From: Spirochaetia bacterium
Lineage (GTDB): Bacteria; Spirochaetota; Spirochaetia; DSM-16054; Sediminispirochaetaceae
Reading direction: 5' to 3'
Assembly (NCBI GenBank): GCA_034520965.1
Contig: JAXHMY010000002.1
Location: forward strand, 192,001 to 256,000
Length of the DNA stretch: 64,000 bases
Shown here: positions 30,245 through 40,812 of the stretch, piece by piece
How positions within the stretch are numbered: the stretch's first letter is position 1
Layout of the letters: each line of letters starts with the position of its first letter
Position numbers and translations under genes: made by a program
Notes under the pieces: generated by a model
The model's input: the letters and a program-made list of their open reading frames with translations, nothing else
The model's database searches: none
What the model was told of the DNA's origin: nothing

Positions 30245-31205
30245 GAAGCCCCCCCTCCCTTCCGGAGTCTTGTTCCTTGCCTGTCAGATTAAGAAATACA
30301 TCTTCCAGGGACAAAGTTTTTCGCCGCAGTTCTACCAAGGTAAGTCCGTTGCGAACAGCCCATTCGAACAGCGTACTTCCATCGGCAGATTCCGCGGAAA
30401 CATTGATTTCTACCCGGACTGCATTCTCAAGGCTTTCCATGGCCACGAGGCTGAGGAAATGCGGCTCCCGGTCTATCAGCCTTTCAATATCCCCTGGTGA
30501 AGCACCTCGTACCAGGGCAATAAACACCGCATCTCTCTGTATGGAGCTACGAATCGCTTCGGTAAATCCCTGTGCCACTATCTTGCCTTCGTTCATTATT
30601 AAAACCCGAGAGCAGACAGCCTCAACTTCCTGGAGAATATGAGTAGATAGAATAACGGTTTTCTCACGACCAACCGATTGTATTAGCTTTCTAATTTCAA
30701 TAATCTGATGGGGATCCAAGCCGGTGGTGGGCTCATCAAGGATGAGCAGTTCCGGGGCGTGAATCACCGCTTGGGCAAGACCCACCCTCTGCTGAAATCC
30801 TTTGGACAGCTTCGCAATTGGCCGGTACAGGACCGGAGCCAAACCGGTCTCTTCTATTGTGGTCGGTATGCGTCGCTGTTTGTCGGAGGCACTCAATCCG
30901 CGGGCATCAGCAATAAACTCAAGGTATTCATGCACATTCAAATCGGAATAGATGGGTGCATTTTCCGGCAGATACCCAATCTCCGATTTTATCTTTAACG
31001 ACTCTGTATATATATCATATCCTAAAATAGTTACATTTCCTGAACTCGGAAAGTGATAGCCCGTAAGAATCTTCATCAAAGTGGTTTTCCCGGCCCCATT
31101 TGGCCCCAACAGTCCAACTACTTCGCCTTTCCCTATCGACAAATCTACGCCTCGAACCGCTTCAATGGATCCGTAGCGTTTACTTACCTTCTGTACCTCA
31201 ATCAT
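30237..31205 (-). CDS. GldA-like ABC transporter ATP-binding protein
   Basis: GPNGAGKTT, LSKGFQQRV, LILDEPT, STHIL; start taken at MIEVQKV (31205). Confidence 0.92.
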   Translation of the reverse strand: MIEVQKVSKRYGSIEAVRGVDLSIGKGEVVGLLGPNGAGKTTLMKILTGYHFPSSGNVTILGYDIYTESLKIKSEIGYLPENAPIYSDLNVHEYLEFIADARGLSASDKQRRIPTTIEETGLAPVLYRPIAKLSKGFQQRVGLAQAVIHAPELLILDEPTTGLDPHQIIEIRKLIQSVGREKTVILSTHILQEVEAVCSRVLIMNEGKIVAQGFTEAIRSSIQRDAVFIALVRGASPGDIERLIDREPHFLSLVAMESLENAVRVEINVSAESADGSTLFEWAVRNGLTLVELRRKTLSLEDVFLNLTGKEQDSGREGGLHA

Positions 31206-32145
31206 GCCCCTTCGGCTCCTCCTGGTAAGGTATATCAAAGGACTGACGATCACGGGTTAAGATAGTACTGGGAAACAGTTCACGGGCCTCTTTCAACAGC
31301 TGCCGCAGTTCGTATTCAGTATAGCGCGGACTGTAATGGATGAGTCCAAGGGTACCGATACCACCGGCATCTTTGGCAATAGTGGCCGCCTGGCGGGAGG
31401 TGAGGTGCTTTTTTTCACGGGCGCTCTCTTCCAGCTCATGCTTAAACATGCTCTCACATACCAGAAAATCGCAGCCCCTTAGCTTAGAAGATAGTCCTTC
31501 AAAGTACATAGTATCGGTTACATAACCGATTTTTCTACCTGGCCGCATCGGTCCCATGACGGCATCCGATTTTACCGGTACTCCCGTATCCGTAACAACA
31601 GTCTCGCCTTTCTGCAGCTGAGCCCACCGAGGGCCCTTAGGAACTTCCAGCCGTTCAGCTTCTTCAGGATCAAACACTCCCGGCCGGTCATCCTCTACCA
31701 GTGTATAACCTAAACACGGCTTTGTATGGCGCAGCCAAAAAGCCTCTACGTGAAAACCCTCCCCTTGATACACAATTCCGGGAGACTCTACCTCTCGAAT
31801 CACTATTTCATAGTTAATATACATATCAAGTACACGCCGATTCTCTTCCACATATTCCTTAATCCTGGGCGGCCCTATAATGTAAAGGGGTTCATCACGA
31901 TCAACCTGACTAGAGAGCATCAATATTCCCGGTAAGCCGGTTACATGATCGGCATGGGTGTGACTGATAAAAATTGTATTTATCTTTTTCCAGCGCAGGT
32001 TTAATTTACGAAGCGATACCTGGGTACCCTCACCGCAATCGAACAGAAACAAATCACCCTCGCGGCGCAGCAGCATGGAGGTGAGGAAACGATTGGGAAG
32101 GGGCATCATGCCGCCGGTCCCGAGAATAAAAAGTTCTAGATTCAT
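31198..32145 (-). CDS. rnz: Ribonuclease Z
   Basis: LGTGG..P, DCGEGTQ, SHTHADH, exosite GP motif, TDT, HLT, IHYSPRY; start at MNLELFILGT. Confidence 0.93.
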   Translation of the reverse strand: MNLELFILGTGGMMPLPNRFLTSMLLRREGDLFLFDCGEGTQVSLRKLNLRWKKINTIFISHTHADHVTGLPGILMLSSQVDRDEPLYIIGPPRIKEYVEENRRVLDMYINYEIVIREVESPGIVYQGEGFHVEAFWLRHTKPCLGYTLVEDDRPGVFDPEEAERLEVPKGPRWAQLQKGETVVTDTGVPVKSDAVMGPMRPGRKIGYVTDTMYFEGLSSKLRGCDFLVCESMFKHELEESAREKKHLTSRQAATIAKDAGGIGTLGLIHYSPRYTEYELRQLLKEARELFPSTILTRDRQSFDIPYQEEPKGHD

Positions 32146-32185
32146 GGGTAAACACCTGATTTTTGACGAATGTATATGCTTATAA

Positions 32186-32224
32186 TATAAAGAGGTGGGT
32201 GAAATGACAAGCATCCACCCACCT
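32186..32224 (-). terminator. Probable terminator after clpC, overlapping a predicted rnz promoter
   Basis: AGGTGGGTG/CACCCACCT stem then CTTTAT; TTGTCA-N17-TATTAT overlaps it. Confidence 0.5.
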
Positions 32225-32230
32225 GGGTAG

Positions 32231-34732
32231 TTAATTATTTATTGAAGCGTGATCCGGCACCTGTTCCGGCTGTTTTGCGGTAAAGTTAATTTTTCCTTTC
32301 CGCATATTCAGGATCAACCGGGTTCCACTCGTACATTTGCCTTCCAGCATCTGCATAGAGATGGGATCTTCTATCTCTTTGCTTATGAGGCGCCTAAGCG
32401 GTCGTGCGCCGTATTTGGCATCGTAGCCGTTATCAATAAGGTAATCCTTGACGGACTGCTTTACTTCCATGATGATATTCATCTCGAGCAGCCGCAGGGA
32501 AACCTCAGACAGCATAATATCAAGAATCTTGCTAACTTCTTCTCGATTCAGACTCTGGAATACCACTATCTCATCTACCCGGTTAATAAACTCGGGACGG
32601 AAGGCTCGCCGCATTTCGTTCAGAGCCGAAGCCTTGATATCTTTATAGTCAAAAACTCCTTCCTTCACCTGGAAACCAAGGGTTCCTTCGTGGGATATTT
32701 CTCGGGCACCTGCATTGGAAGTCATGATCACAACCGTATTGCGGAAGGATACCTTATGTCCCAGATTGTCATGCAGTTCCCCCTCTTCCAATACCTGCAG
32801 CAGCAGGTTAAATACATCGGGGTGGGCCTTTTCAATCTCGTCCAGCAGTATTACAGAATAAGGTCTTCGACGGATTTTTTCGGTGAGTAAACCACCCTCT
32901 TCGTATCCGACATAACCGGGAGGAGCTCCGACTAGGCGGCTGACATTGTGTTTTTCCATATAGTCGGACATGTCGATTCGAATCAATGATTCGTCATTTC
33001 CAAATAAAAATTGTGCAAGAGTTTTTGCAAGCAGAGTCTTACCCACACCGGTCGGTCCTAGGAAAATAAAAGAACCCAGCGGACGTTTGGGTGAGTTAAG
33101 CCCAGTTCTAGATCGGCGAATACTAGAAGCGATTGCTCCAATGGCTTCATCTTGCCCGATGATCGTTTTATGCAGCTCATCTTCAATGCGCAGCAGTTTT
33201 TCAGACTCACTTTGAGCGATTCGTTCCAAGGGTATGCCGGTGATATTCGAGATAATACTCTGAATGTCTTCTTCGTCCACCACATTTTTCTCGTTCTTAA
33301 GTGATTTTTTCCAACCCTTTTTAATTTCTTCGACCCGCCCCTTAATTTGACGAACCGTATCACGAACTGCTGCGGCTTTTTCATAATCCTGATTATTGAC
33401 CAGGTTAATTTTTTCGTCCGTCAGTCGTGCTATCTCTTCTTCAAGTTCCGCCAGTTCTTTTGGCCGCACGGTATTATTGATTCTCTTGTAAGAACCGGCC
33501 TCATCTATTAAATCTATCGCTTTATCCGGCATAAAACGGTCGGTAATATAACGTCCCGACAGTCTGGCCGCCTCTCCGACAGCCTTTTCTGTGTAAGTGA
33601 CATTGTGATGGTCTTCGTATTGGTCTTTAATTCCATTCAAGATTTCAATTGTTTCATCAATAGAAGGTTCCTCGACAAAAATTGTCTGAAACCTTCTCTC
33701 CAGGGCAGCATCTTTCTCGATATATTTACGGTACTCGTTGTGGGTAGTCGCACCTATCGTTTGGAGCTCCCCCCTTGAGAGAGCCGGTTTAAGCATATTT
33801 GATGCATCGATGGCACCCTCTGCCCCACCGGCACCGATTATGGTGTGGAGTTCATCAATAAACAGAATTACATTAGCAGCGTTTGAAATTTCTTTCATAA
33901 CCTTTTTCAGGCGTTCTTCAAACTCTCCACGGTACTTCGTTCCTGCGATAAGCGAGGCGATATCAAGGGTCACCACCCGTTTTCCAAGCAGAACCTCCGG
34001 AGCGCTTCCCTCTTCAATCTGCTGCGCAAGCCCTTCTACGATTGCCGTTTTGCCAACGCCCGGTTCTCCGATAAGTACCGGGTTATTTTTTGTGCGTCGA
34101 GCCAGAATCTGAATTACCCGCTGTATTTCCCAGCTGCGCCCGATAACCGGATCAAGCTTATTCTCGCGGGCATATTCGGTTAGGTCCCTGGCAAACTCAT
34201 CAAGTGTCGGGGTGCCCTTACCACTGGTCTGGCCAGTTTTTCTTTTTGGAGCAGCTTGTTGGCCGGCCCCTTTTTTGCGCATATTCCCGCTGCCCCTGAG
34301 TTCGGTTATTGTATCTCGGATCGTTTCTACTGATACCGACTGTTTGACAAGAAATCTCTGAACCACGCTGCCGGACTCTTTAGACGCGGCCAGGAAAAGG
34401 TGTTCGGTACCTATGTATTCATGGCCCATACTGCGCGCTTCTTCGGCCGCATCTTCCAATACCTTTTTGCCCCTGTGAGACGGGGGTACATCGCCTAAAA
34501 TAAAACCGGCGTGTTTTTTGGGAATACTTTTTTCTATTTCGGTTTGCAATTCACCGGGATCTATCTTTAAATTCGTGAGAGCTTTGTATCCTAAACCCTC
34601 ACCATCCTTTAGAAGTGCAAGAATTATATGTTCAGGAAGCAGTTGGTCGGAATGGAACCGCTTTGCCTCTTCCTGTGCGAATATTGTCAATATTCTTTGT
34701 GCCCGTTGGGTCAGTCCTTTAAACATCGGCAT
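32231..34732 (-). CDS. clpC: ATP-dependent Clp protease ATP-binding subunit ClpC
   Basis: Two Clp-N repeats, [18 protein letters not shown] domain, [15 protein letters not shown]. Confidence 0.96.
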   Translation of the reverse strand: MPMFKGLTQRAQRILTIFAQEEAKRFHSDQLLPEHIILALLKDGEGLGYKALTNLKIDPGELQTEIEKSIPKKHAGFILGDVPPSHRGKKVLEDAAEEARSMGHEYIGTEHLFLAASKESGSVVQRFLVKQSVSVETIRDTITELRGSGNMRKKGAGQQAAPKRKTGQTSGKGTPTLDEFARDLTEYARENKLDPVIGRSWEIQRVIQILARRTKNNPVLIGEPGVGKTAIVEGLAQQIEEGSAPEVLLGKRVVTLDIASLIAGTKYRGEFEERLKKVMKEISNAANVILFIDELHTIIGAGGAEGAIDASNMLKPALSRGELQTIGATTHNEYRKYIEKDAALERRFQTIFVEEPSIDETIEILNGIKDQYEDHHNVTYTEKAVGEAARLSGRYITDRFMPDKAIDLIDEAGSYKRINNTVRPKELAELEEEIARLTDEKINLVNNQDYEKAAAVRDTVRQIKGRVEEIKKGWKKSLKNEKNVVDEEDIQSIISNITGIPLERIAQSESEKLLRIEDELHKTIIGQDEAIGAIASSIRRSRTGLNSPKRPLGSFIFLGPTGVGKTLLAKTLAQFLFGNDESLIRIDMSDYMEKHNVSRLVGAPPGYVGYEEGGLLTEKIRRRPYSVILLDEIEKAHPDVFNLLLQVLEEGELHDNLGHKVSFRNTVVIMTSNAGAREISHEGTLGFQVKEGVFDYKDIKASALNEMRRAFRPEFINRVDEIVVFQSLNREEVSKILDIMLSEVSLRLLEMNIIMEVKQSVKDYLIDNGYDAKYGARPLRRLISKEIEDPISMQMLEGKCTSGTRLILNMRKGKINFTAKQPEQVPDHASINN

Positions 34733-35798
34733 CCTCCTTGTAAGCGCTCAATGCATGCTGTACGAGGCGCGCCCGTAAACTCTTTATGTACTGGGAAGTT
34801 TCCTCCTGCTGTTCATGACCGGCAATTTGCTGCAAATGAGCCTTACCAACCAGCACTAACAGTGCATTCATAATCTGAATCGGAACTTCTATCCATCCCA
34901 GCGCCACACCTAATCGTACATCCGAAAGCAGGTTAATTGCTTCCTTTTCCTGCAACAATCTGCAATTAATTAAAGTTCCGTAGGCTCGATATACTATATC
35001 CTCGAGTTCTATTCTACGGTGTCTTTTCATCTCGTCACGCGCCTTCTGTTCATAATCTACTAACTGAGATGATAGGCGTGCAAGCTTTTCGACTATATCT
35101 TTTTCATTTTCTCCAATTGCAACCGGATTATACACCTGATAGAGCGATCCAAGAGAACCCTCATCATCACCAGTAAAACCTCGTACCTCTAATCCGGCGT
35201 CCATAACTCGGCGGAATGCCCTTTCAAGCACCGAAGAGTATTTAAGCGCCGGCAAATGCAGAAGCACTGAAACCTGCAGACCGGTACCGCAGTTCTTTAA
35301 GTCTGAACTCAGATACCCACGGTCAAGGGAAACTGCAAAGTTAAGTTGTTTCTCAAGCCGTCGTTCAATTGTGCTTACCCTTTCATAAGCTCGCTGAATT
35401 GATAAACCACCGGTGAACGCTGCCAGCTGCAGATGGTCGGTTTGGTTTACCGTAGCTGCAACTGAATCGTCTTTGTCAAAGACAACCAATTTTCTCTTTT
35501 CCAAAGAGTAGTTTTGTGACACAAAGTGTTTCTCTATCAGCTTACGCCGCTCGAGAACCGGTAGATCTTCCAACACCTTCACAGTTAAGTGTTCATCAAA
35601 ACGTATGCTCTTGAAGGCATTGCCGATATTTTCTTGTACTTCCAGTAGTTCTTTGTCGTTTAGTTTATGAGGAAAAAAATACCCGGAAAGGTTACGAGTG
35701 AGACGTGCACGGCTTGAAAAAACTACCTGCTGGTCTGGTCCTTCCTCGCTATACCATCCGGGGTGCTCCAAAATTGCTTGAAAATTTACCGCATTCAT
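34719..35798 (-). CDS. mcsB: McsB-like ATP:guanido phosphotransferase (protein arginine kinase family) with degenerate motifs
   Basis: SSRARLTRNL..FFP, GTGL..SVLLHLPAL, LSDVRLG, RARL; position between mcsA and clpC. Confidence 0.85.
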   Translation of the reverse strand: MNAVNFQAILEHPGWYSEEGPDQQVVFSSRARLTRNLSGYFFPHKLNDKELLEVQENIGNAFKSIRFDEHLTVKVLEDLPVLERRKLIEKHFVSQNYSLEKRKLVVFDKDDSVAATVNQTDHLQLAAFTGGLSIQRAYERVSTIERRLEKQLNFAVSLDRGYLSSDLKNCGTGLQVSVLLHLPALKYSSVLERAFRRVMDAGLEVRGFTGDDEGSLGSLYQVYNPVAIGENEKDIVEKLARLSSQLVDYEQKARDEMKRHRRIELEDIVYRAYGTLINCRLLQEKEAINLLSDVRLGVALGWIEVPIQIMNALLVLVGKAHLQQIAGHEQQEETSQYIKSLRARLVQHALSAYKEDADV

Positions 35799-36313
35799 TC
35801 TTCGATACCCTTATGAGGGTTCTGTTCCAGCTCCTCTATCTGATCTCGTATCAGCGCCGCCCTTTCATACTCTTCCTTTTGAACGGCCTCACTCAACTTA
35901 CTCTTTAATACTTCTTTATCGATTAAAATTGCTTTGTAGGCCTTGAGTTTTTCAGGAAATTTTCCTCGATGTATAGTTATATCCGTGTGATCGGATAAAA
36001 TAGTATCAATCTGATTGCGGAAGGCGGTATAGCACTCAGCGCAGCCGGCTGTCTCTTTTTCCTTGAGGTCGGTTAGGCTGGTTCCGCATTTTGGACATTC
36101 ATTGGTGACGGCAGTATCCCCTTCCTGAGTGAAAGATTCTACTAATCCACTCAGCAGCTGAGAGAGAGAGACTTCTCCATTTTCACTGTTTTCAAGAGCT
36201 ACACCTTTCTGTTTTGCACACTCCGAACACATATGGACTTCGTAAATTTCTCCGCCCATTATTTGCTGCACGTGGACAATAGCTTCATTCTCTCCACATA
36301 TATCACAAATCAT
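35795..36313 (-). CDS. mcsA: McsA (UvrB/UvrC motif, CxxC zinc-binding)
   Basis: CDIC, CSEC, CPKC, GCAECY, EEYERAALIRDQI. Confidence 0.92.
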   Translation of the reverse strand: MICDICGENEAIVHVQQIMGGEIYEVHMCSECAKQKGVALENSENGEVSLSQLLSGLVESFTQEGDTAVTNECPKCGTSLTDLKEKETAGCAECYTAFRNQIDTILSDHTDITIHRGKFPEKLKAYKAILIDKEVLKSKLSEAVQKEEYERAALIRDQIEELEQNPHKGIEE

Positions 36314-36415
36314 TAAATCCTCCGTTTTCTCTCCTCCATTTTAGCATGAAATAACATATCGGGCTACTCCCTCCCACAATATACTACTTTACCTCTCAAT
36401 TGTGTATATAGAGTA

Positions 36416-37732
36416 TTAGTGTTTCCTTAATATCTCAAGTGGTTTTATCTTCCCCGCTCTCCGAGCTGGGAAATAGGCAGCCAGTGTAGAAGCTAACATT
36501 GTTCCCGCCCCAGTCAAGAAGATTTCAAAAAACTCTATACGAATTGGAATGGTTTCCAAATAAAAGGATTCATCAAACACCTTAATGTTCTCGCTATCTA
36601 CATCCCGAATCGGCGAAAAAAGCAACTCAAACCCCCTGTACATGAGGTTCAAAGAGCGCTCTAAACCGGAGAGTAAGCTGTTTATATGTACCGCCGCCAT
36701 CAGACCAATCGATACCCCTACTAAAGTAGCGGCAGTGCCGATCCATATTCCCGTGTACAAAAAAGATTTTGTAATGGTATGGGGCCTCACGCCGACACTT
36801 TTGAGCATGGCAATTTCCGGCTCCTTCTCTATCACCAACATTATCATAGAAGAGGAAATATTTACCGAGGCCACTAGTACAATCAGGGCCATAACAAAAA
36901 TCAACAGGTTCCGGGTAGTACGGAAGCTGTCAAGCATTGGCCGTTCAAGGTTATACCAGGTATACACATACCAATCATTTGATAATTTCTGCATCAATGT
37001 CTGAGCCACCTTCTGAGCCTCTTGATAGGGCTTTTCAAGTTTCACAGCAATTATATGACTGCCCGGTTCATTGAACAGTATCTTGCCGCTGTCGAGGGGT
37101 ATATACATGCTTAGCGCATCCAATTCATAGTAGCCGGTTGAAAATATTCCTCGCACGGTAAAGAAACTCGGTCTTAAAATAGGAGCCCTTCCGGGAACCG
37201 ATTTTGCGGTTAATAATCGAATTCTGTCTCCTACAGATACTTCTAGTTTCTCCGCTACCTGAGAACTCAGCATTGCATCCTGTTTGGAAACCAACTGAAA
37301 CTTGCCGGCATCAATGCTCAAAAACTCCCTGATGCCCTCGTCAGAGGTATAATAATCCTGGGGAAGCGCGCGCACCGATACCCCGGTCTTTCCCTTAGGA
37401 GAATATACCAGCCCTTCTCCAAATACTGTTGGAAATGCATTGCGAACACCGTCTACCCCAGCAACATTTTCTAAGGCAGTGGTACGTTCCTCTTCTGCGA
37501 GGGGTGAGTAGGTTTTTACCTGCAAATGATACGAGCCTATTTCTATAAATCTTCTGGTAATGCCCTCAATTAAACCGCCTGAAACCTGAATCACGGTTAT
37601 CAATGGCACCAGTGATAATCCGATTCCAAGGATGGCGCCTATCAGATGTTTACTAGTTTTGCTGCTTGTACCGGTCGATCGGGCACCGAATAAGATTTTA
37701 AGACCCAAATACGCCGGTGCTGATTCTCTCAT
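36416..37732 (-). CDS. LolC/E-like ABC transporter permease
   Basis: FtsX/MacB-type topology; GIFSTGYYELD, EIAMLKSVG, PARRA..IKPLEILR. Confidence 0.88.
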   Translation of the reverse strand: MRESAPAYLGLKILFGARSTGTSSKTSKHLIGAILGIGLSLVPLITVIQVSGGLIEGITRRFIEIGSYHLQVKTYSPLAEEERTTALENVAGVDGVRNAFPTVFGEGLVYSPKGKTGVSVRALPQDYYTSDEGIREFLSIDAGKFQLVSKQDAMLSSQVAEKLEVSVGDRIRLLTAKSVPGRAPILRPSFFTVRGIFSTGYYELDALSMYIPLDSGKILFNEPGSHIIAVKLEKPYQEAQKVAQTLMQKLSNDWYVYTWYNLERPMLDSFRTTRNLLIFVMALIVLVASVNISSSMIMLVIEKEPEIAMLKSVGVRPHTITKSFLYTGIWIGTAATLVGVSIGLMAAVHINSLLSGLERSLNLMYRGFELLFSPIRDVDSENIKVFDESFYLETIPIRIEFFEIFLTGAGTMLASTLAAYFPARRAGKIKPLEILRKH

Positions 37733-38397
37733 TGCTCCTCCAGGCGACCTTCGCGCAGGTGATAATGAATATCCGTTTTTTCACTCAAGGACATATCATG
37801 GGTCACCACTACCAGCGTAGTTTGATACTCTTCAGCCAATTCAAACAAGAGATCTGCGACCACCTTTGAATGCCGCTCATCGAGGTTACCCGTCGGTTCA
37901 TCCGCCAACACGAGCTTTGGAGAATTGATGAGAGCCCTGGCAACCGCCACTCTCTGCCGCTCGCCCCCCGAGAGTTTTGATGGGTGAAAATCCTTACGTT
38001 TTTCCAGACCCACCTGGTCTAACAAATGATCAGCCCGTTCCAGGGCGCGCTGACGCCTCTCACCACCCATAAATGCCGGCAGCATTACATTTTCACGGGC
38101 ATTGAAATCTTTCATAAGATAGTGAAATTGGAATATAAAACCGACATGGCGATTGCGATAATTGCTCAGTTTCTCTTCACTGGCCGTTTCTATGTGCAGC
38201 CCCTCAACTGTGATCGATCCATAACTAGGATAGTCCAGTCCGCCTATTAAATTGAGAAGCGTGCTCTTTCCGCTCCCGCTTTCACCAGTGATGACCACAG
38301 TTTTTCCCTTTTCAAGGGTCATCGATATACTGTGTAAAATATGCAGCTCTTCTGGTCCGTTTTTGTAAAATTTTCCGACGTTATCTATTACAACCAT
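37729..38397 (-). CDS. lolD: Lipoprotein-releasing ABC ATPase
   Basis: GESGSGKST, GFIFQFHYL, LSGGERQRVAVARA, LADEPTGNLD; flanked by two LolC/E-like genes. Confidence 0.88.
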   Translation of the reverse strand: MVVIDNVGKFYKNGPEELHILHSISMTLEKGKTVVITGESGSGKSTLLNLIGGLDYPSYGSITVEGLHIETASEEKLSNYRNRHVGFIFQFHYLMKDFNARENVMLPAFMGGERRQRALERADHLLDQVGLEKRKDFHPSKLSGGERQRVAVARALINSPKLVLADEPTGNLDERHSKVVADLLFELAEEYQTTLVVVTHDMSLSEKTDIHYHLREGRLEEQ

Positions 38398-38401
38398 ATT
38401 C

Positions 38402-39715
38402 CTACTCGTTTCTTAAGATTTCAGCGGGTCTAAACTCAGAAATACGTTTTGAGGCAGCGTAAGCCGCAATTACGGAAGCCCCGGTGGCAAATAGCACGAT
38501 TATCATCACATCGGTGTATAAAATGCGTACCGGTACCTCTTGCATGTAGAACGTTGCTGTAGAGAAAATTTCAACACTTCCACCTCCCCCCATCGGTACC
38601 AAGAAAAAGTGTATGAAATCAAGTAACCCATTCAGTAAAATTTCTAATGCCCAGAATACTTCATTTATGTGCAGGCTAATTGCCATACCAAGCATAGTTC
38701 CGCCGACAGCACCGATTATTCCAATCAATGCACCTTCTACCAAGAAAATATACCGCACCGAAATGTTCGAAGAACCGACAGCTCTAAGTATACCAATCTC
38801 TTCGCGCTTCTCCATCACCGACCGCTCCAGGGAGTTCTTTATATTTACCGCTACAACAACAAAGATGAGACCGAGTACTATCATCATCGTTAGTTTTTCT
38901 ACTCGCAGGGCACCGAAAAATGAGCGGTTGTACTCCCGCCAGGACTTCAACTGCACCGATTCCGCAATTGGCCTCACCCGGTCCCTCAGCTGTTGGAGTG
39001 CCTGCCGATCCTGATAGCGGCTTTTTAGCTTTATCCCGATTGTGGGGTCGGAATTGCCTGCATCAATCCGGTCTACATACTGATAATCAATAAAACAGAA
39101 GGCTGAGTCGTACTGGTAATAACCGCTTTCAAAAATCCCGGTCACCGTAAATCCTGTCTGCTGCGGATTAAGATTGGCAAAGGAGCTACCGGTCATGCTG
39201 ATCATCTGCACTGTATCACCGAGTCCGACACCCAGGATACTGGCCAGTTGCCGCCCGATTACGACTCCAGGACCAGAGTGGGCGTGAAGGGAAAATTCGC
39301 CATGCAGCAGGTTAAGTTGATCCATCAGACCCCGGTCCCGCAAGGCATGTTCTTCAGGTATCCCCCGTACCATGCTGGATTGGTAGTCGGAAAACTCACC
39401 CTGAACCAGGGTTTGTGAATCGATAAACTTTGAGTAGCTTCGAACCCCTTCCAACTGCTCTACACTGTCTATTACCTGTTGTACCTGTTCCTTATCGGAA
39501 AATTCACCTGTTATTCGAAGGTGATAGGAATTAATTTCCAGGATATCTTCAATAAAGCCAAGCTGGAGACCATTCATTACACTCAATACCGCTATCAGAG
39601 CCGTAACTCCCACTGCAATACCGAGTATCGAGAGAAAAGAGGGGGTTATCACACGTCCGTTGCGGCGGGATTGGATGTAACGCTTACCGATGTACACGAT
39701 CCATCTATAGTTCAT
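38402..39715 (-). CDS. LolC/E-like ABC transporter permease
   Basis: GIAVGV.ALI.VLSVMNG, WREYN.SFF.AL..EK, EIGILRAVG, PAEILR. Confidence 0.9.
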   Translation of the reverse strand: MNYRWIVYIGKRYIQSRRNGRVITPSFLSILGIAVGVTALIAVLSVMNGLQLGFIEDILEINSYHLRITGEFSDKEQVQQVIDSVEQLEGVRSYSKFIDSQTLVQGEFSDYQSSMVRGIPEEHALRDRGLMDQLNLLHGEFSLHAHSGPGVVIGRQLASILGVGLGDTVQMISMTGSSFANLNPQQTGFTVTGIFESGYYQYDSAFCFIDYQYVDRIDAGNSDPTIGIKLKSRYQDRQALQQLRDRVRPIAESVQLKSWREYNRSFFGALRVEKLTMMIVLGLIFVVVAVNIKNSLERSVMEKREEIGILRAVGSSNISVRYIFLVEGALIGIIGAVGGTMLGMAISLHINEVFWALEILLNGLLDFIHFFLVPMGGGGSVEIFSTATFYMQEVPVRILYTDVMIIVLFATGASVIAAYAASKRISEFRPAEILRNE

Positions 39716-39729
39716 TTACTGGCTATCCT

Positions 39730-40812
39730 TTATTGATTATCCTGGAGTAATGAACTTCTGTTTAGCACTTCTTCGCCTTTATATTCGATTCTCGCCAGGG
39801 CTTCCCCATTCCGGTACAAAACTTCCGTTTTCCGTTCTTCTTCATGATAGAAGACTTCTTTTTGTAACTTTCCATTTCTAAATATCGTCTCATCTAGCTG
39901 CGAGCCTTCGCCCGGGATATATAAAATCCGCTCTTCCATTTCCGGCCCCTTTCGCTGTAACTCTGAAAGCCGGCCGTTTTGATACGTATATTCCTCACGA
40001 ATCGTTCCTTCAGGAGTTTCTATACTGCTATACAGCTTTCGCCCTTCATCACTGAAGACTGTATGGATCCGTTTTTCCTGTTCAAAAAACTGTTCTTCTA
40101 CTACCCTACCGTCTTCCTTACGGATAGCCTCTTTGCGGTAAGTTAAAGCTCCATCGCGGTATTTCTCCGTAACCTGCTGTTCATTTTCCTCATGGTTCAG
40201 TTCCTCATAGTTTATATAAAAAAAGTAACTCCACCCATCTTCTGTGAAATGCCACTGGGTCTGAGATTTCTCCCGCTGAGAACCTGAATAGATTCCTGCA
40301 ATCCGAGCTCCATTCTTATGTTCGGCACGCAGCACCTGTTGAAGAGCACCATCGCTCCCGCGGATATATTCTTCGGTCCACTCTTTTTCATCCTGGATTA
40401 CTCTCACACCCCGCAGCTGCCCCTTCTCCCATTCATATACACGCCGCTCCACCGCTCTGGGGGTAATTATTCGCTCTTCCTGCAGCCGTCCGGCCTGTTC
40501 GATGCTCTCCCCGATTAAAGCCCCGTTCTCGTAGAAGCGTGCATATTTTACATCATTCTTCCACTCATATTCAGCCCGCTGGTACTCTTGGCCATCTTTA
40601 TACAACAACTCATCGACACGGGTTTTATTTGAGCTCCGCCTCAATACAAAGGGATGGTCGTCCAACCGGCGGGGAGAGATTTCCTCTAGGGCCATTCCTA
40701 AGCTATTGGAACGATAGTAACTAATATCCTGGGCCAGCGCCGCCACAGGGCTAAAGCAGAGACCGGGTAATGAAATAAAGATAATGCAGATAAGCTTCTG
40801 CCGACTATTCAT
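39730..40812 (-). CDS. Secreted hypothetical protein with beta-hairpin (MORN/YD-like) repeats
   Basis: Signal peptide; recurring Y.Y..G.L / Y.NG motifs. Confidence 0.65.
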   Translation of the reverse strand: MNSRQKLICIIFISLPGLCFSPVAALAQDISYYRSNSLGMALEEISPRRLDDHPFVLRRSSNKTRVDELLYKDGQEYQRAEYEWKNDVKYARFYENGALIGESIEQAGRLQEERIITPRAVERRVYEWEKGQLRGVRVIQDEKEWTEEYIRGSDGALQQVLRAEHKNGARIAGIYSGSQREKSQTQWHFTEDGWSYFFYINYEELNHEENEQQVTEKYRDGALTYRKEAIRKEDGRVVEEQFFEQEKRIHTVFSDEGRKLYSSIETPEGTIREEYTYQNGRLSELQRKGPEMEERILYIPGEGSQLDETIFRNGKLQKEVFYHEEERKTEVLYRNGEALARIEYKGEEVLNRSSLLQDNQ

